A stretch of 63,561 bases of DNA, counting the filler, from Deltaproteobacteria bacterium (lineage in GTDB: Bacteria > JAUYMQ01): assembly GCA_030698575.1 (NCBI GenBank). It is 10 parts of 10 records of this genome, joined end to end, with 100 filler letters (N's around TTAATTAATTAA, not from the genome) between each part and the next. Parts side by side here need not be neighbours in the genome. Positions count along the whole stretch, not along the records: positions 41,729 to 54,740 come from JAUYMQ010000146.1; positions 54,841 to 60,265 come from JAUYMQ010000150.1; positions 60,366 to 63,561 come from JAUYMQ010000161.1; 7 more parts are not named here. One strand, 5' to 3'. The notes under the pieces are model-generated. The model was given only the letters and a program-made list of their open reading frames with translations, did no database searches and was not told the DNA's origin. Both the position numbers and the translations under genes were made by a program. This document shows, piece by piece, positions 51,406 through 61,620 of this stretch (position 1 is the stretch's first letter; each line of letters opens with the position of its first letter).

Positions 51406-52841
51406 GCCGCCGCGGCGCTCTGGCCTACCTGATTCTCGCCCTCCTCCTGGGGGGCGCGTACCTGCTCTCGACACGCAATCAGGAACAGAACGCCGAGCAA
51501 GCGGCTCACGCCAGGCGGGTCTTCGACATCGAAAAGGGCTCCGTGAGCGGGCTCGCGCTGCGCCGCGCGGGCCACCCTGAAATCCGCATCGAGCGGGCCG
51601 CCGGGGGCGCGCCGGAAGCCGGGGGCAATCTGGCCGGAGCAGCCGCGTGGCGCATCGTCGCGCCGATGCAGGTGGCGGCCGATCCCGAAGCGGTCGGCGT
51701 GGTCATCGACGCGGCCCTCGCCGCCGAAAAGCTCCGAACCCTCGAGGGCGGCGATCTCGATCCCTCGGAGTACGGCCTCGAGAAGCCCTCTCTCCGCCTT
51801 TCGCTCCTGGCCCGCGACGCCTCGCACGCCATGGAGTTCGGGGGCGAGAACATCACCGGCGACGCCCGCTACGCCAGGGTTCCGGGCGCCCCCGGCATCT
51901 TCCTGGTTGCGGCAGCGACCTACAACCAGGCGGACCTGGGGCTGGATGGACTGCGCGACCGGCGCCTCATGCCACTGGATCGATCGGCCATCGAGCGCAT
52001 CAGCGTCCAGTGGAACGACGCCCGGGTGATCCTCCATCGAGAGAACGGGGAATGGCGGTTCGCGAAGCGAGCCCGCCCCGTGAGCGATACCGCGGTGGAT
52101 GGTCTCATCGCGACGGTGAGCGAGACGAACGTCGATCGATTCGTGACCGACGAGGCGGTGGAGCCGGACGACTACCGGCTCGGAAAGCCCGACGCGATAG
52201 TGACCTTCGAGGGCGCGGGGAAATCGTGGGAGGCGCGATTCAAAGGCCCGCCCGGGGACGCGGAAGAGCCCGCCGTCCTCGCGGCGCGATCGACCGCTCC
52301 GGGCATCGTCGCGCTCCCCGCCACCTACCTCGACCGCCTGCCGCGTTCGGCGGCAGCCCTCGAGGATCAGACCCTGCTTCGCGCCGACGCCGCCACGGTG
52401 TACGCGATCACCCTGCAGGCGGGCGAGAAGAAGGTGCGTTTCGAAAAGGAGGGTAATGCGTGGAAACAAATGGACGCGCCACCCGCTGACAGGGAACGCA
52501 AGACGCCGCCCGACGCCCCCGTGCTCCTGGCGCTTCTGGGCGAGCTGCGGCACGACGGCGCCCCCCCGCGCGGGAACGAGATCAACTTCGACGCCGAGCT
52601 GTCGCTCCTGCTCGAAGGAGAGAGCGGCGAGCCCGTTCTCGATCTCCGGGTTGGTCCCGCCAACGAGGAACACGGCGAGCACACCGGACGCCTGACAGAC
52701 GCCGCCGGCGAGCGTGACATCCTGCTCACGCCCTTTACCCTGGAGAATCTCCAGGACACGATTCGCGAACTGGCGCCCGGTCTCCTCGCGCCCCCCGCAA
52801 TTGACAGCGTTCCCGAGCCGGCGGAAGCCGGCGCACCCTGA
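51402..52841 (+). CDS. DUF4340-domain protein
   Basis: N-terminal TM helix; repeated WRIVAP, YGLEKP and LRDRRL units; typical position after gldAFG-like genes. Confidence 0.8.
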   Translation: MSRRGALAYLILALLLGGAYLLSTRNQEQNAEQAAHARRVFDIEKGSVSGLALRRAGHPEIRIERAAGGAPEAGGNLAGAAAWRIVAPMQVAADPEAVGVVIDAALAAEKLRTLEGGDLDPSEYGLEKPSLRLSLLARDASHAMEFGGENITGDARYARVPGAPGIFLVAAATYNQADLGLDGLRDRRLMPLDRSAIERISVQWNDARVILHRENGEWRFAKRARPVSDTAVDGLIATVSETNVDRFVTDEAVEPDDYRLGKPDAIVTFEGAGKSWEARFKGPPGDAEEPAVLAARSTAPGIVALPATYLDRLPRSAAALEDQTLLRADAATVYAITLQAGEKKVRFEKEGNAWKQMDAPPADRERKTPPDAPVLLALLGELRHDGAPPRGNEINFDAELSLLLEGESGEPVLDLRVGPANEEHGEHTGRLTDAAGERDILLTPFTLENLQDTIRELAPGLLAPPAIDSVPEPAEAGAP

Positions 52842-52885
52842 TCACCGGCCCTTCACTCGCAAACCGCAAGGAGGCTCGACACGCC

Positions 52886-53332
52886 ATGCGCGCCGTCGTC
52901 CAGCGCGTCCGCCGCGCCTCGGTCTCGGTCGGCGACGATGAGATCGCCGCCATCGGCGCCGGCCTGCTCATCCTTGTCGGCGTGGCGCGCGGCGATACGA
53001 TCGACGAGGCCGCCCGCATGGCCCGCCGCTGCGCGGAGCTGCGACTCTTCGCCGATGAGGAAGGCAAACTGAACCGATCGTTGCTGGACGTTTCCGGAGA
53101 GGCGCTCGTGGTGAGCCAGTTCACGCTGCTGGGCGACACGCGGAAGGGGCGCCGCCCCAACTTCATGGACGCCGCGCCGCCGGCCGAAGCCGAGCCTCTG
53201 GTCGAGGCCTTCGCCGTCGCCCTCCGGCAGATCGGCGCGCCGACGAAGATCGGGCGCTTCGGCGCCATGATGGATGTCGCACTGGTCAACGACGGCCCCG
53301 TCACGCTCCTCATGGAAAGCCGGAAAGTCTGA
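52886..53332 (+). CDS. dtd: D-aminoacyl-tRNA deacylase
   Basis: [18 protein letters not shown] and [16 protein letters not shown]. Confidence 0.97.
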   Translation: MRAVVQRVRRASVSVGDDEIAAIGAGLLILVGVARGDTIDEAARMARRCAELRLFADEEGKLNRSLLDVSGEALVVSQFTLLGDTRKGRRPNFMDAAPPAEAEPLVEAFAVALRQIGAPTKIGRFGAMMDVALVNDGPVTLLMESRKV

Positions 53333-53360
53333 ACGTAATCGCTTGAACTGGAAGGTATTT

Positions 53361-54503
53361 TCAGGAAGCCGGGACGACGCCAGCTGCCCCGGCGGCGAGG
53401 GCCCCGGCGCAGACGGCGCGGGCGCGCTTCCAGTCGATGCCCGGCAGAAGCGGCTCGAACGCCGTGCCCCCCGGGGGCAGATGGCTTCGGAGGCTCGCGA
53501 TGCGCGAGTTTGTGCCGGGATGGGTCGAAAGGTACGTGAGCATCCCGGGCGGGGCGTCCGACTCTTCCTTCTGGAGCAGTTCGAAGAAACCGATCATGCC
53601 CCGAGGATCGATCCCCGCTCCCTCCATCATGCGAAACCCCGCCATGTCGGCCTCGGCCTCGTGCTCCCGGCTGTAACGCAGAAAGCCCAGCATCATCGCG
53701 TTCTGCAATCCGAAGGTGAGCGCCTCGCCCCCCTCCCCCGTCGCCGCGGCGATCAGAACACTCGACGAGGCATGCTCGAGAAAGATCCGCATAATGTGGC
53801 GCCGCGCCACGTGCTGCATCTCGTGCGCCAGAACGCCGGCCAGCGCCTCGGGGCTATCGGTGCGATCGAGCAGCCCCTGGTAGATCACGATGATCCCGCC
53901 GGGCCCCGCCACGGCGTTCACGACCGGCTCGTTCACGACGAAAACATGAAAGTGGTGACCGCCCTCCGGGATGACCCGCGCGAGCTTCACAACGATGGCC
54001 TCGATCGGCGCCATGCGCGCGGAATCGTCGCAGCGCTTCCCCGCCGGCGCGAGCGCCTCGCGGGACGAGCCGGCGAGCTGCTCCTCCCAGCTGATCGGAA
54101 TGCGCGGCGCAAGAAAGGAGGCGAGCGCGGGAATGACCCAGAAGTGAGCGATGAGCGCGCAGGCGAGGATCGCGCCCAGTATGATCAGCGAGACGGTTCC
54201 CCATCCGAGGCGGCGCGACGCATCACGATGCCGGGCCGAGAGGTCCGGCGCAAACTGGCGGAGAGTGGAGAGGAAAGCGGGATCGCGGATGAGCAGGATC
54301 TCGGGAAACTCCCCTCCGCGCTCGAGGCGGACGGGATCGCCGGCCTGGAAACCCGGCTGCAGCCGGACCTCGCTGTAAGCCCACCAGCTCGCAGCACCGC
54401 CTTCGGGCGCGAACTGGAAACCGACCTGGCTGAGGCGCACCCGCACGGGCGTGCGGGCGGCCGTGCGGCCGTCGAGATAGTGGGCCTCCCAGTCTGTCCG
54501 CAT
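53361..54503 (-). CDS. M48-family metallopeptidase
   Basis: YLDG N-terminus, TM helix, NAVAGPGG, LAHEMQH, YSREHEAEAD and LSTHP. Confidence 0.92.
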   Translation of the reverse strand: MRTDWEAHYLDGRTAARTPVRVRLSQVGFQFAPEGGAASWWAYSEVRLQPGFQAGDPVRLERGGEFPEILLIRDPAFLSTLRQFAPDLSARHRDASRRLGWGTVSLIILGAILACALIAHFWVIPALASFLAPRIPISWEEQLAGSSREALAPAGKRCDDSARMAPIEAIVVKLARVIPEGGHHFHVFVVNEPVVNAVAGPGGIIVIYQGLLDRTDSPEALAGVLAHEMQHVARRHIMRIFLEHASSSVLIAAATGEGGEALTFGLQNAMMLGFLRYSREHEAEADMAGFRMMEGAGIDPRGMIGFFELLQKEESDAPPGMLTYLSTHPGTNSRIASLRSHLPPGGTAFEPLLPGIDWKRARAVCAGALAAGAAGVVPAS

Positions 54504-54543
54504 GGCCTCTTCGCCGGCCCCGGCCGCTCCGCGCCCGCGGGCC

Positions 54544-54738
54544 TCAGGTCCAGCCGAGATCGAGGTCGAAGAACCCGGCCAGCTCGTCGCCCGTCGCGGA
54601 AGCCGACTGCGCCTCCTGCTGGATGCGCGCGAGATCCAGCGGTCCGTTGATTGACAGGCGATCCGCGTGGAACCGCGCGTTCCGGACCTGCACCCAGGAA
54701 TAAGCAAGGCCCAGGGTGACGAGCAGCAAGAGTGCATT
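54544..54738 (-). CDS. YjgN/DUF898-family membrane protein, C-terminal fragment
   Basis: VTLGLAYSW, ATGDE and FFDLDLG; typical upstream partner of this M48 subtype. Confidence 0.75.
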   Translation of the reverse strand, partial: NALLLLVTLGLAYSWVQVRNARFHADRLSINGPLDLARIQQEAQSASATGDELAGFFDLDLGWT

Positions 54739-54740
54739 GA

Positions 54741-54840
54741 NNNNNNNNNNNNNNNNNNNNNNNNNNNNNNNNNNNNNNNNNNNNTTAATTAATTAANNNN
54801 NNNNNNNNNNNNNNNNNNNNNNNNNNNNNNNNNNNNNNNN
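54741..54840. other. Artificial contig spacer
   Basis: N-run with TTAATTAATTAA. Confidence 0.97.
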
Positions 54841-54841
54841 G

Positions 54842-55534
54842 TCCCGGCCGTTCTCGGCGCCCGCCTCCGCCGACGCGCACGAGGCGATCCGCGAGAGCCT
54901 GGCCGCGCAGGCGCACGGCGGCGAGGGCGAGGAAGACGGCTGGCCGATCCGTCGTCGCGGGCCGGCGGCCGACAGCGCCCGGCGCGCGGCCATGGCGGCG
55001 GGGACGGCCGTTCATCGCGTCCTCGAGATGCTTGATCTCGAAGGCGACGCGGCCGCGCACCTGCGATCACTCATGGCGCAGCTGCCCGCCATCGTGGCCG
55101 CCGTCGCCTCGCCCGACATCCGCGACGCCGCGATCGGGCGCGCACGCGCGCTCCTGGATTCTCTGGCAGCGGGTCCGCTTCTCGAACGGCTGCGGGCCGT
55201 CGGGCCGCACATCCTTTCGCGCGAGACGCCGCTCCTTCTTCCGCCCGCGGGCGAGACGGGCGCGGTCGGGTTCCGCGCGGGCACGGTCGATCTGCTCTAC
55301 TGCGACCCCGAGTCGAAGGAGATTGTCGTTGCGGATTACAAGACCGATACGGGGCTGGACCGCGCTGCGCTCGCCGCGCGCGCCGAGGCGTACGCGGGCC
55401 AGGGACAAGTTTACGTGGAGGGCGTGAGCCAGGCGCTCGGCCTCGCCCAGGAGCCGCGCTTCGAGCTCTGGTTCATCGACGCGGGGGAGATAGTGACGGT
55501 GCCGCCGGCCGCTTCGAGCGCCGGGGAAGGATGA
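54842..55534 (+). CDS. C-terminal RecB-type PD-(D/E)XK nuclease domain of an AddA/UvrD-like helicase-nuclease (5' truncated)
   Basis: GTAVHRVLE, RETP, GTVDLL, VADYKTD and Y-x2-Q-x3-Y. Confidence 0.8.
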   Translation, partial: SRPFSAPASADAHEAIRESLAAQAHGGEGEEDGWPIRRRGPAADSARRAAMAAGTAVHRVLEMLDLEGDAAAHLRSLMAQLPAIVAAVASPDIRDAAIGRARALLDSLAAGPLLERLRAVGPHILSRETPLLLPPAGETGAVGFRAGTVDLLYCDPESKEIVVADYKTDTGLDRAALAARAEAYAGQGQVYVEGVSQALGLAQEPRFELWFIDAGEIVTVPPAASSAGEG

Positions 55535-55553
55535 TTTTCGCGCCGCCCCCCGC

Positions 55554-56492
55554 TCAGTGAAAGGCGTCGGGCGGGGGCGCCGGCAACTGGCCGGGCAGGG
55601 GAATGTAGCCCTCTTTCACGAGGAGCAGCTGCCCCGCGGGCCCGAGGATCCAGTCCAGGAACTGCTTCACGTTTCCACGTGGCTGCCGTGCGGCGTGGAG
55701 ATAGATCGTGCGGGTCAGCGGGTATTCTCCGGCGGAGACGATCGCTTGATTGATCCAGTTTCCGCCCGACCGCATGGGATTGAGCGGCGCCTTCCCCTTC
55801 CCCTGGCCGATCGGCAGCACCTTGACCTCTTTTCCCTTGACGTCCGAGAGGCGGACGTAACCGATTCCGTAGGGGTCCTTCTCGAGCGCGCGAAGAAGGG
55901 CTTCCGGGCCCGCCGCGACCTGGCACGCCTCAGCCGGTTTTCTCTTTCCCAGAACGACGGCCTGGAAGAGCACACCGGCCTGGCTTCCCGGCCGCTGGCA
56001 ATAGATGCTGATCTTGTGACGAGGCCCTCCGAGATCCGCCCATTGGTCTAGATCACCCGCGAAGATCCCTGCCACGACTGCCTTCGTCGCCTGCACGGCC
56101 GGATTGGCGGGGTTGATCACGACCGCGATTCCGTCGAGGGCGACCGGATACTCCGCGAGAACGATTCCACGTTCCCGTGCGTCCCGGAACTCGCTCGACT
56201 TCAACGGGCGCTGATCGTAGGCAATCTCGGCCTGGCCGCTCAGGATGGCGGAGATGCCGGAGTTCGTTCCGCTTCCACGCACCTTGACCCGCACGTCCGG
56301 GTGGTCGGCCTCGTAGGTCCTTGCCCAGGCCTTCACGAGAAAGCCCGTCCAGCCGGAACCGGAGATCATAAGCTGCGCACGGGGCGGAGGCCCATCGCCG
56401 GTCCCGCCCCGCGCCGGGACCGCGCTGCTGAAAGTGAGGAGAAGTACGCCAAGGAAGGCGACTCTTGCGGGGCAGGACAGAAACCAGCGCAC
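55554..56492 (-). CDS. pstS: Phosphate ABC transporter substrate-binding protein
   Basis: ISGS, GSGTNSGI, VALDGIAVVINPAN, GIGYV and YPLTR; located in a pho cluster. Confidence 0.85.
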   Translation of the reverse strand: MRWFLSCPARVAFLGVLLLTFSSAVPARGGTGDGPPPRAQLMISGSGWTGFLVKAWARTYEADHPDVRVKVRGSGTNSGISAILSGQAEIAYDQRPLKSSEFRDARERGIVLAEYPVALDGIAVVINPANPAVQATKAVVAGIFAGDLDQWADLGGPRHKISIYCQRPGSQAGVLFQAVVLGKRKPAEACQVAAGPEALLRALEKDPYGIGYVRLSDVKGKEVKVLPIGQGKGKAPLNPMRSGGNWINQAIVSAGEYPLTRTIYLHAARQPRGNVKQFLDWILGPAGQLLLVKEGYIPLPGQLPAPPPDAFH

Positions 56493-56508
56493 GCGAACCC
56501 CCGGCGGG

Positions 56509-58026
56509 CTAGAACTTCACCTGAGAGCGTATCATGAAGATGTTCTGATCGCGGTTCTCCCCCTGGCGCAGGCGCGTCGAGCCGATGAGGTCATCGCCGA
56601 CGGACTCGTAGACCCAGTTGCCCATGATCTTGAAATTGGGATTGATGAACCACGTGATGCCGGCGGTGAAGGCGCGCACGTCGTTGTTGTAGTCGCCGAG
56701 CGCAACCCTTCCCATCTCCATCGTGGTCGGATTGATGAGCACGGTCTCGATTCGCTCGTCGTCCTTGACGTGCATGACCTCGTACTTGATCACGGGGACC
56801 AGCGTCATCCCCGGTCGGTCCGTCAGGATATATGAGAGCTGAAGGTAGCCGCCGTTGATCTTGGCCGGATTCAGATTGACCGCCCCGAAGGGATAGACGT
56901 CGGTCTGGGGGATGTCGCGGCGGTCCACATTGGCCCAGATGTACTCGCCGACCAGATGCCAGCGATCCACGAACCAGGAGATGCCTGCGTCCACCTGGTT
57001 CTGGTGCCCCCCGATGTAGGGGACCGTCATGGACACCCTCGGGTTCTGGCCCGGGGTGCTGATCATGTCGCTCACGGTCATGCCGGAAGAGCCGCTGGGC
57101 GGGCCGTTGAGGCCTGTGGCTCCCGCCAGAGAAACCTGGAGATCCTTCACCCATTTATTGCCGCTGTCTTTCCAGGGCTGGGCCAGGATGCGGCCGATGT
57201 ACGCGAACGAGTCGTTCGACGCGCTGCTGTTCCGGCCCTCGCTCCCGAAGCCGAGGTTGTTGGCCAGCATGACCGCATAGCCGAGCTTCCCTTCCAGGAA
57301 CTCCCCCTCCACCTGCACGCCGATGCGGCGGTCGAGGCCCAAAAGATCCACGATGGCGGATCGCTCGATCGTCTCGAGATCGGAGCTGGAGGTCATATTT
57401 TCGATCGAGAAGGGCGCTTTGAACTGCCCCATCTTCACCTGGAAATGGTCGTTCCAGGCGTAGGCGATGAAGCCGTCTCTCAGGATGGGGGCGCTCGCGG
57501 CGAAATCGGCCTGGATGGCGAAGGTCAGCTTCGGGTTGTAGATGTGGCCCGAGGCCTTGAGTCTCACCCGCCGCAGGAAGAAGGTGTTGTCCCGGTTCAC
57601 GCCGTTGAGGCCGTCGTTGAAGACCGGCTGGGCGCGGTCGGGGATGTTATCGTTCTCGTAAACGTTTCCCTGGAACTGGATGTAGCCGCCGAACTTGAGC
57701 TTGAACTTGTCATCCGGCGACTTGATGTAGAACCCCTTGTCGTAGCCGGAGGTGAGGCCCTCGGCCTCATCAATCTGGAGTTCTATCTCGTCTATCCGCC
57801 TGCTCTGTTCGGCGCGCGTGGTCCGGTACTCGGTCAATTCGTTGCGAAGCTCCGCATTCTCCTGGCGCACGGCAGCCAGCTCCTGCCGGAATTCGCTCCG
57901 CAGCGACTCGATCTCTTCCGAGACCTGGGCTGCAGCGACGGTCTGCGCCGATGCTAGCGCGCCCGCCAGGGCGAGCCAGCCGAGACCCGCCAGTCGGGGC
58001 CACCGCGCGGTGAGGGATGGCTTCAC
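56509..58026 (-). CDS. Phosphate-selective porin (OprO/OprP family)
   Basis: Signal peptide, coiled coil, FFLRRVRL, GQFKAPFSIE, IERS, GGYLQLSY and terminal F. Confidence 0.88.
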   Translation of the reverse strand: MKPSLTARWPRLAGLGWLALAGALASAQTVAAAQVSEEIESLRSEFRQELAAVRQENAELRNELTEYRTTRAEQSRRIDEIELQIDEAEGLTSGYDKGFYIKSPDDKFKLKFGGYIQFQGNVYENDNIPDRAQPVFNDGLNGVNRDNTFFLRRVRLKASGHIYNPKLTFAIQADFAASAPILRDGFIAYAWNDHFQVKMGQFKAPFSIENMTSSSDLETIERSAIVDLLGLDRRIGVQVEGEFLEGKLGYAVMLANNLGFGSEGRNSSASNDSFAYIGRILAQPWKDSGNKWVKDLQVSLAGATGLNGPPSGSSGMTVSDMISTPGQNPRVSMTVPYIGGHQNQVDAGISWFVDRWHLVGEYIWANVDRRDIPQTDVYPFGAVNLNPAKINGGYLQLSYILTDRPGMTLVPVIKYEVMHVKDDERIETVLINPTTMEMGRVALGDYNNDVRAFTAGITWFINPNFKIMGNWVYESVGDDLIGSTRLRQGENRDQNIFMIRSQVKF

Positions 58027-58127
58027 GATCGCTCTCCTTTTTCTGGAAACCGCGCCCGGGGGCGCATAGTTTCGCTTGGCGCCTGCGAATCAGGGACCTT
58101 CGACGCGGGCCAAAGTGATACGGGTAG

Positions 58128-58145
58128 ATGGCGAAAAGGTGACGG
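58128..58145 (-). promoter_or_regulatory. Putative Pho box upstream of porin-pstS
   Basis: Minus strand CCGTCAC-CTTT-TCGCCAT, 11-bp periodic half-sites resembling CTGTCAT-N4-CTGTCAY. Confidence 0.5.
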
Positions 58146-58197
58146 GAAGTGGGAGTCTGGATGAACTCTGGCCGGGAGGCGTTCCGAGATCAGGCCA

Positions 58198-60054
58198 TCA
58201 CAGTCTGTTGGGAGACCCCCCCGCGCGCGCGAGGGGCAGGACGACGGTGAACACGCTGCCGCGCCCGGGCTCACTATCTACCAGGGCCCGGCCGCCGGAC
58301 GCCTGGCTCAGGTGCTTGACGATGGCGAGGCCGAGCCCGGTCCCTCCCAGCGCTTTCGACCGGGATGGGTCGACGCGGTAGAAGCGCTCGAAAATGCGCG
58401 TGAGGTGCTCCGTCGGGATCCCGGGACCGGAATCGACCACTTCGACATGCGCCATATCGGTCTCGAGGTGGGCGCGGACCTCCACGCGCCCCCCCTCGTT
58501 CACATACTTCACCGCGTTGTCTATGAGGTTTCGCAGGATCGTTTCGAGAGCGGAAGGATCGATGAAGAGCGCGGGGAAGGAAGAAGGGAGGGAGACCATC
58601 AGGCGGACCCTGCGATCCACGGCGTTCGGCTCCAGAGCCAGAAGGACGCGATCGACGGAGTTCCGGAGATCAACCGGCTGAGGCTTGAGCATGGCCTGTC
58701 CGCTCTCGATTCGAGACAGTTCCAGGAGGTCCTCGACCAGCGTGCCGAGCCGCTTGGCGTGCCGCAGGATGGTCTCGACGAAGGTCTTCGACTGAGCCGG
58801 GTCGTCCGGGGGCGCTTCGGCCAGGGTTTCCGCGTAGCCGCGGATGGCTGTGAGAGGCGTCTTCAGCTCGTGGGAGACGTTCGCGACGAAGTCCCGCCTC
58901 ATCTGCTCGAGGCGCCGCGTCTCGGTGATGTCGTGGAAGACGATCACCGCGCCGCGGCCACGCTGGTGACCCTGGACGGGCGCCAGCCGAACCAGCACCG
59001 TCCGATCCACGCCTTTTCGCTCCAGATTGACCTCCCGGGTCACCGCCTTGCCTTCCTCGAGGCCCTCGCGGACCAGGGCGTTCAGATCGGAGTTCCGCAC
59101 GAGCTCGATGAGCTTCCGTCCGATCGGCTCCGGCGGAAGATCGAGATGCCGCTGAAGCGCCGGATTCAGGAGCAGAACCGTCCCCTGCTCGTCGATCATC
59201 AGCACGCCTTCCTCCATCGCACCGAGGATCTCCTGCAACCGGTCGCGCTCGTCGGTGATCTGACGCGTCGAATCACGCAACTTCTCTCGCACGCCGTCCA
59301 GCGTCCTGCTCAGGTCGCCAATGGCGTCGTCCCTGTCGATGGCGGGCGCCGCACCGAAGCTCCCACCGCCGAGGCTAACCGCCGCTCGCCCGAGCGCCTG
59401 GATGTCGCGGGTCGCCCGGTTCATCACGCGGCCTGATACGTAGAGGATCAGCACGAACAGGACGAAAGCGCCAAGGATGAAGCGCTGGCGCAGCTGGTCC
59501 CGGGCGTCCTCGAATCCGAGGAGGGGGAGCTCCACAAGGATGACGCCGCGCTTGCCGTTCCGGACCTGGTAAAGCTGGGATGCGTAGGTGGCGGGAGCGC
59601 GCCCGGCTGTCTGCGGGCGCAGGCTGCTCGCGTTCTTTCCCTCGAGGGCTGATCTGAACTCCGGGCGGTCGGACTGGTTTCCCATGGCAAGCAGATCTTC
59701 GCCGCTGCGCACCGAGTCGCCAATCACGGTGCCATCCTCGCGAATCACCGTGATGCGGGCGCCTCGTGCCGTGACGAGGCCGTCTACCGCGCCGTCGACC
59801 TTCTTCTCATCGAATGGATCGTCGAGTGAAAGCACCGCCTCTCGTGCCGCGATGGCCTCACGACGCAGGTTGGCCTCGGTCTCGGCGAGGAGGCTTTCTC
59901 GAAGGATTTCGGCGCTGAGGAGATAGAGCAGCACAAGCCCCCCACCGAGCAGGAGGGCGAACAGCGAGATGAGCTTCCAGTGAAGCGAAAGGCGAGACGG
60001 GGGGGGCGGGCGATCGGCGTGCGCCTTTACGGCCGTTTCCTCAGTTGAGGTCAT
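58198..60054 (-). CDS. phoR: Phosphate regulon sensor histidine kinase
   Basis: Two TM helices, HAMP, PAS, RRDFVANVSHELKTPLTAI, NLIDNAVKY and FYRVDPSRS-x3-GGTGLGL. Confidence 0.92.
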   Translation of the reverse strand: MTSTEETAVKAHADRPPPPSRLSLHWKLISLFALLLGGGLVLLYLLSAEILRESLLAETEANLRREAIAAREAVLSLDDPFDEKKVDGAVDGLVTARGARITVIREDGTVIGDSVRSGEDLLAMGNQSDRPEFRSALEGKNASSLRPQTAGRAPATYASQLYQVRNGKRGVILVELPLLGFEDARDQLRQRFILGAFVLFVLILYVSGRVMNRATRDIQALGRAAVSLGGGSFGAAPAIDRDDAIGDLSRTLDGVREKLRDSTRQITDERDRLQEILGAMEEGVLMIDEQGTVLLLNPALQRHLDLPPEPIGRKLIELVRNSDLNALVREGLEEGKAVTREVNLERKGVDRTVLVRLAPVQGHQRGRGAVIVFHDITETRRLEQMRRDFVANVSHELKTPLTAIRGYAETLAEAPPDDPAQSKTFVETILRHAKRLGTLVEDLLELSRIESGQAMLKPQPVDLRNSVDRVLLALEPNAVDRRVRLMVSLPSSFPALFIDPSALETILRNLIDNAVKYVNEGGRVEVRAHLETDMAHVEVVDSGPGIPTEHLTRIFERFYRVDPSRSKALGGTGLGLAIVKHLSQASGGRALVDSEPGRGSVFTVVLPLARAGGSPNRL

Positions 60055-60265
60055 CCTTGAACCGATACCCGACGCCGCGAACCGTTTCAATGAAGTTCTT
60101 CGCCGGGCCGAGTTTCTCCCGGAGACGCTTCAAGTGTGTATCGACGGTTCTGGGCGTGACGTAGGTTTGGTCCCCCCAGATGGTGTCGAGAAGATGGTCG
60201 CGGGTCTGGACGCGACCCCGGGTCGACGCAAGATGAGAGAGGAGCTTGAACTCCGTCGCGGTGAG
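60041..60265 (-). CDS. phoB: PhoB/OmpR-family response regulator, C-terminal winged helix (5' truncated; not in ORF track)
   Basis: Translates LTATEFKLL, IWG, RTVDTHLKRLREKLG and IETVRGVGYRF; overlaps the phoR start. Confidence 0.88.
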   Translation of the reverse strand, partial: LTATEFKLLSHLASTRGRVQTRDHLLDTIWGDQTYVTPRTVDTHLKRLREKLGPAKNFIETVRGVGYRFKDDLN

Positions 60266-60365
60266 NNNNNNNNNNNNNNNNNNNNNNNNNNNNNNNNNNN
60301 NNNNNNNNNTTAATTAATTAANNNNNNNNNNNNNNNNNNNNNNNNNNNNNNNNNNNNNNNNNNNN
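60266..60365. other. Artificial contig spacer
   Basis: N-run with TTAATTAATTAA. Confidence 0.97.
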
Positions 60366-60367
60366 AC

Positions 60368-60838
60368 GACGAGGTCGACGAGGGGACGCTGGGCACCCCC
60401 ACCACGACACGAGTCATCGACATCACGGATCTGGCCAACCCCTTCCAGACGGCCATCTTCAGCAACGGGAACACCGCCCGGGATCACAATCTCTATACCA
60501 AGGGCGATCTCATCTTCGAGTCCAATTACAGAAGCGGCCTGCGCGTGTTCGACGCCTCGGATCCCGTGGCGCCGGCCGAGATCGCCTACTTCGACACCTA
60601 TCCCACGGACAACATTGCCGCTTACAACGGCCTCTGGAGCGTCTACCCCTACTTCCAGAGTGGAACGATCATCGGCAGCGATCTCGAGCGCGGGCTTTTC
60701 GTCTGGCGGCTCGATCAGGGTTCGCCCGTCGAGACGCCGGCGCTCAGCGCCTGGGGCGCGGGGATCTTCCTCGCCCTTCTCGCGCTGCCGCGCCTTCGCC
60801 GCCGGGGTGCCCGCCGATCCGGGAACGAGGCCCGGTGA
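60368..60838 (+). CDS. Choice-of-anchor B-like protein C-terminus with IPTL-CTERM-like sorting signal (5' truncated)
   Basis: DEVDE, DHNLY, SNYRSGLRV, IAYFDTYP, WSVYPYF and GLF, then TPALSAWG, hydrophobic helix and RLRRR. Confidence 0.78.
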   Translation, partial: DEVDEGTLGTPTTTRVIDITDLANPFQTAIFSNGNTARDHNLYTKGDLIFESNYRSGLRVFDASDPVAPAEIAYFDTYPTDNIAAYNGLWSVYPYFQSGTIIGSDLERGLFVWRLDQGSPVETPALSAWGAGIFLALLALPRLRRRGARRSGNEAR

Positions 60839-61620
60839 TCGCCCACGCCTCCGAGCCGGCACCCATCGTCGAGATGCGCAACGCCTCCTTCGGCTACGGG
60901 CGCAAGCGAATCCTCAAGGACATGGATCTCCGCATCACGCGCGGCGACTTCGTCGGTCTCGTGGGTCCGAACGGCGTGGGCAAGACCACGCTGGCAAGGG
61001 CGATCCTCGGCATCCTCCGCCCCCAGGCGGGCGACGTGGTCTACCCCGAAGGACGCCCGCCGCGCTTCGGCTACGTGCCGCAGCGCAAGAATCTCGATCC
61101 GCTCTTTCCTCTGACCACCCGCGACATCGTGCTCATGGCTCGCCCTGGCGCGGGACCTTTCGGGCGCGTCGGCGCATCCGATCGGGCGCGCGCCGACGAG
61201 GCCCTCGAGAGCGTCGGCCTGGCGGCCCACGCGGGGGCGATGTTTCGGGATCTGTCCGGCGGCCTCCAGCAACGGGCGCTAACCGCCCGCGCGCTCGCCG
61301 CGGATCCCGAGTTCCTGATCCTCGATGAGCCGACGGCCGGACTCGATCTGCTCTCCTCGCATGCGGTACTCGATCTGATCGGCTCGCTTCACGCGGCGGG
61401 GACCTTCACGGTCATGCTCATCAGCCACGCGCTCGACGAGGTGGCCGCCGCGGTGCGAAGCCTCATCCTGATGGAAGCTCATGGGAGGATGGAGATTGGG
61501 CCGCGGGCCCAGGTCCTCACCGCGGAGAAGCTCGGGCGGCTGTACGGCGTGCCCGTGAAGGTGGAAGAGGCCCTCGGCCGAGCCGTGGTTGTCCCCGATC
61601 ATGGGGCCGCGAAGCGATGA
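60835..61620 (+). CDS. Metal (Zn/Mn) ABC transporter ATP-binding protein, ZnuC-like
   Basis: GPNGVGKTT, GYVPQ, LSGGLQQR, LDEPTAGLD and ISH. Confidence 0.9.
   Translation: MIAHASEPAPIVEMRNASFGYGRKRILKDMDLRITRGDFVGLVGPNGVGKTTLARAILGILRPQAGDVVYPEGRPPRFGYVPQRKNLDPLFPLTTRDIVLMARPGAGPFGRVGASDRARADEALESVGLAAHAGAMFRDLSGGLQQRALTARALAADPEFLILDEPTAGLDLLSSHAVLDLIGSLHAAGTFTVMLISHALDEVAAAVRSLILMEAHGRMEIGPRAQVLTAEKLGRLYGVPVKVEEALGRAVVVPDHGAAKR

Noticed and set aside
54842..55534. Cas4 or a defence nuclease
   Set aside because: No Fe-S cysteines and no cas context; the motif layout matches the C-terminal nuclease of AddA/RecB-type helicases
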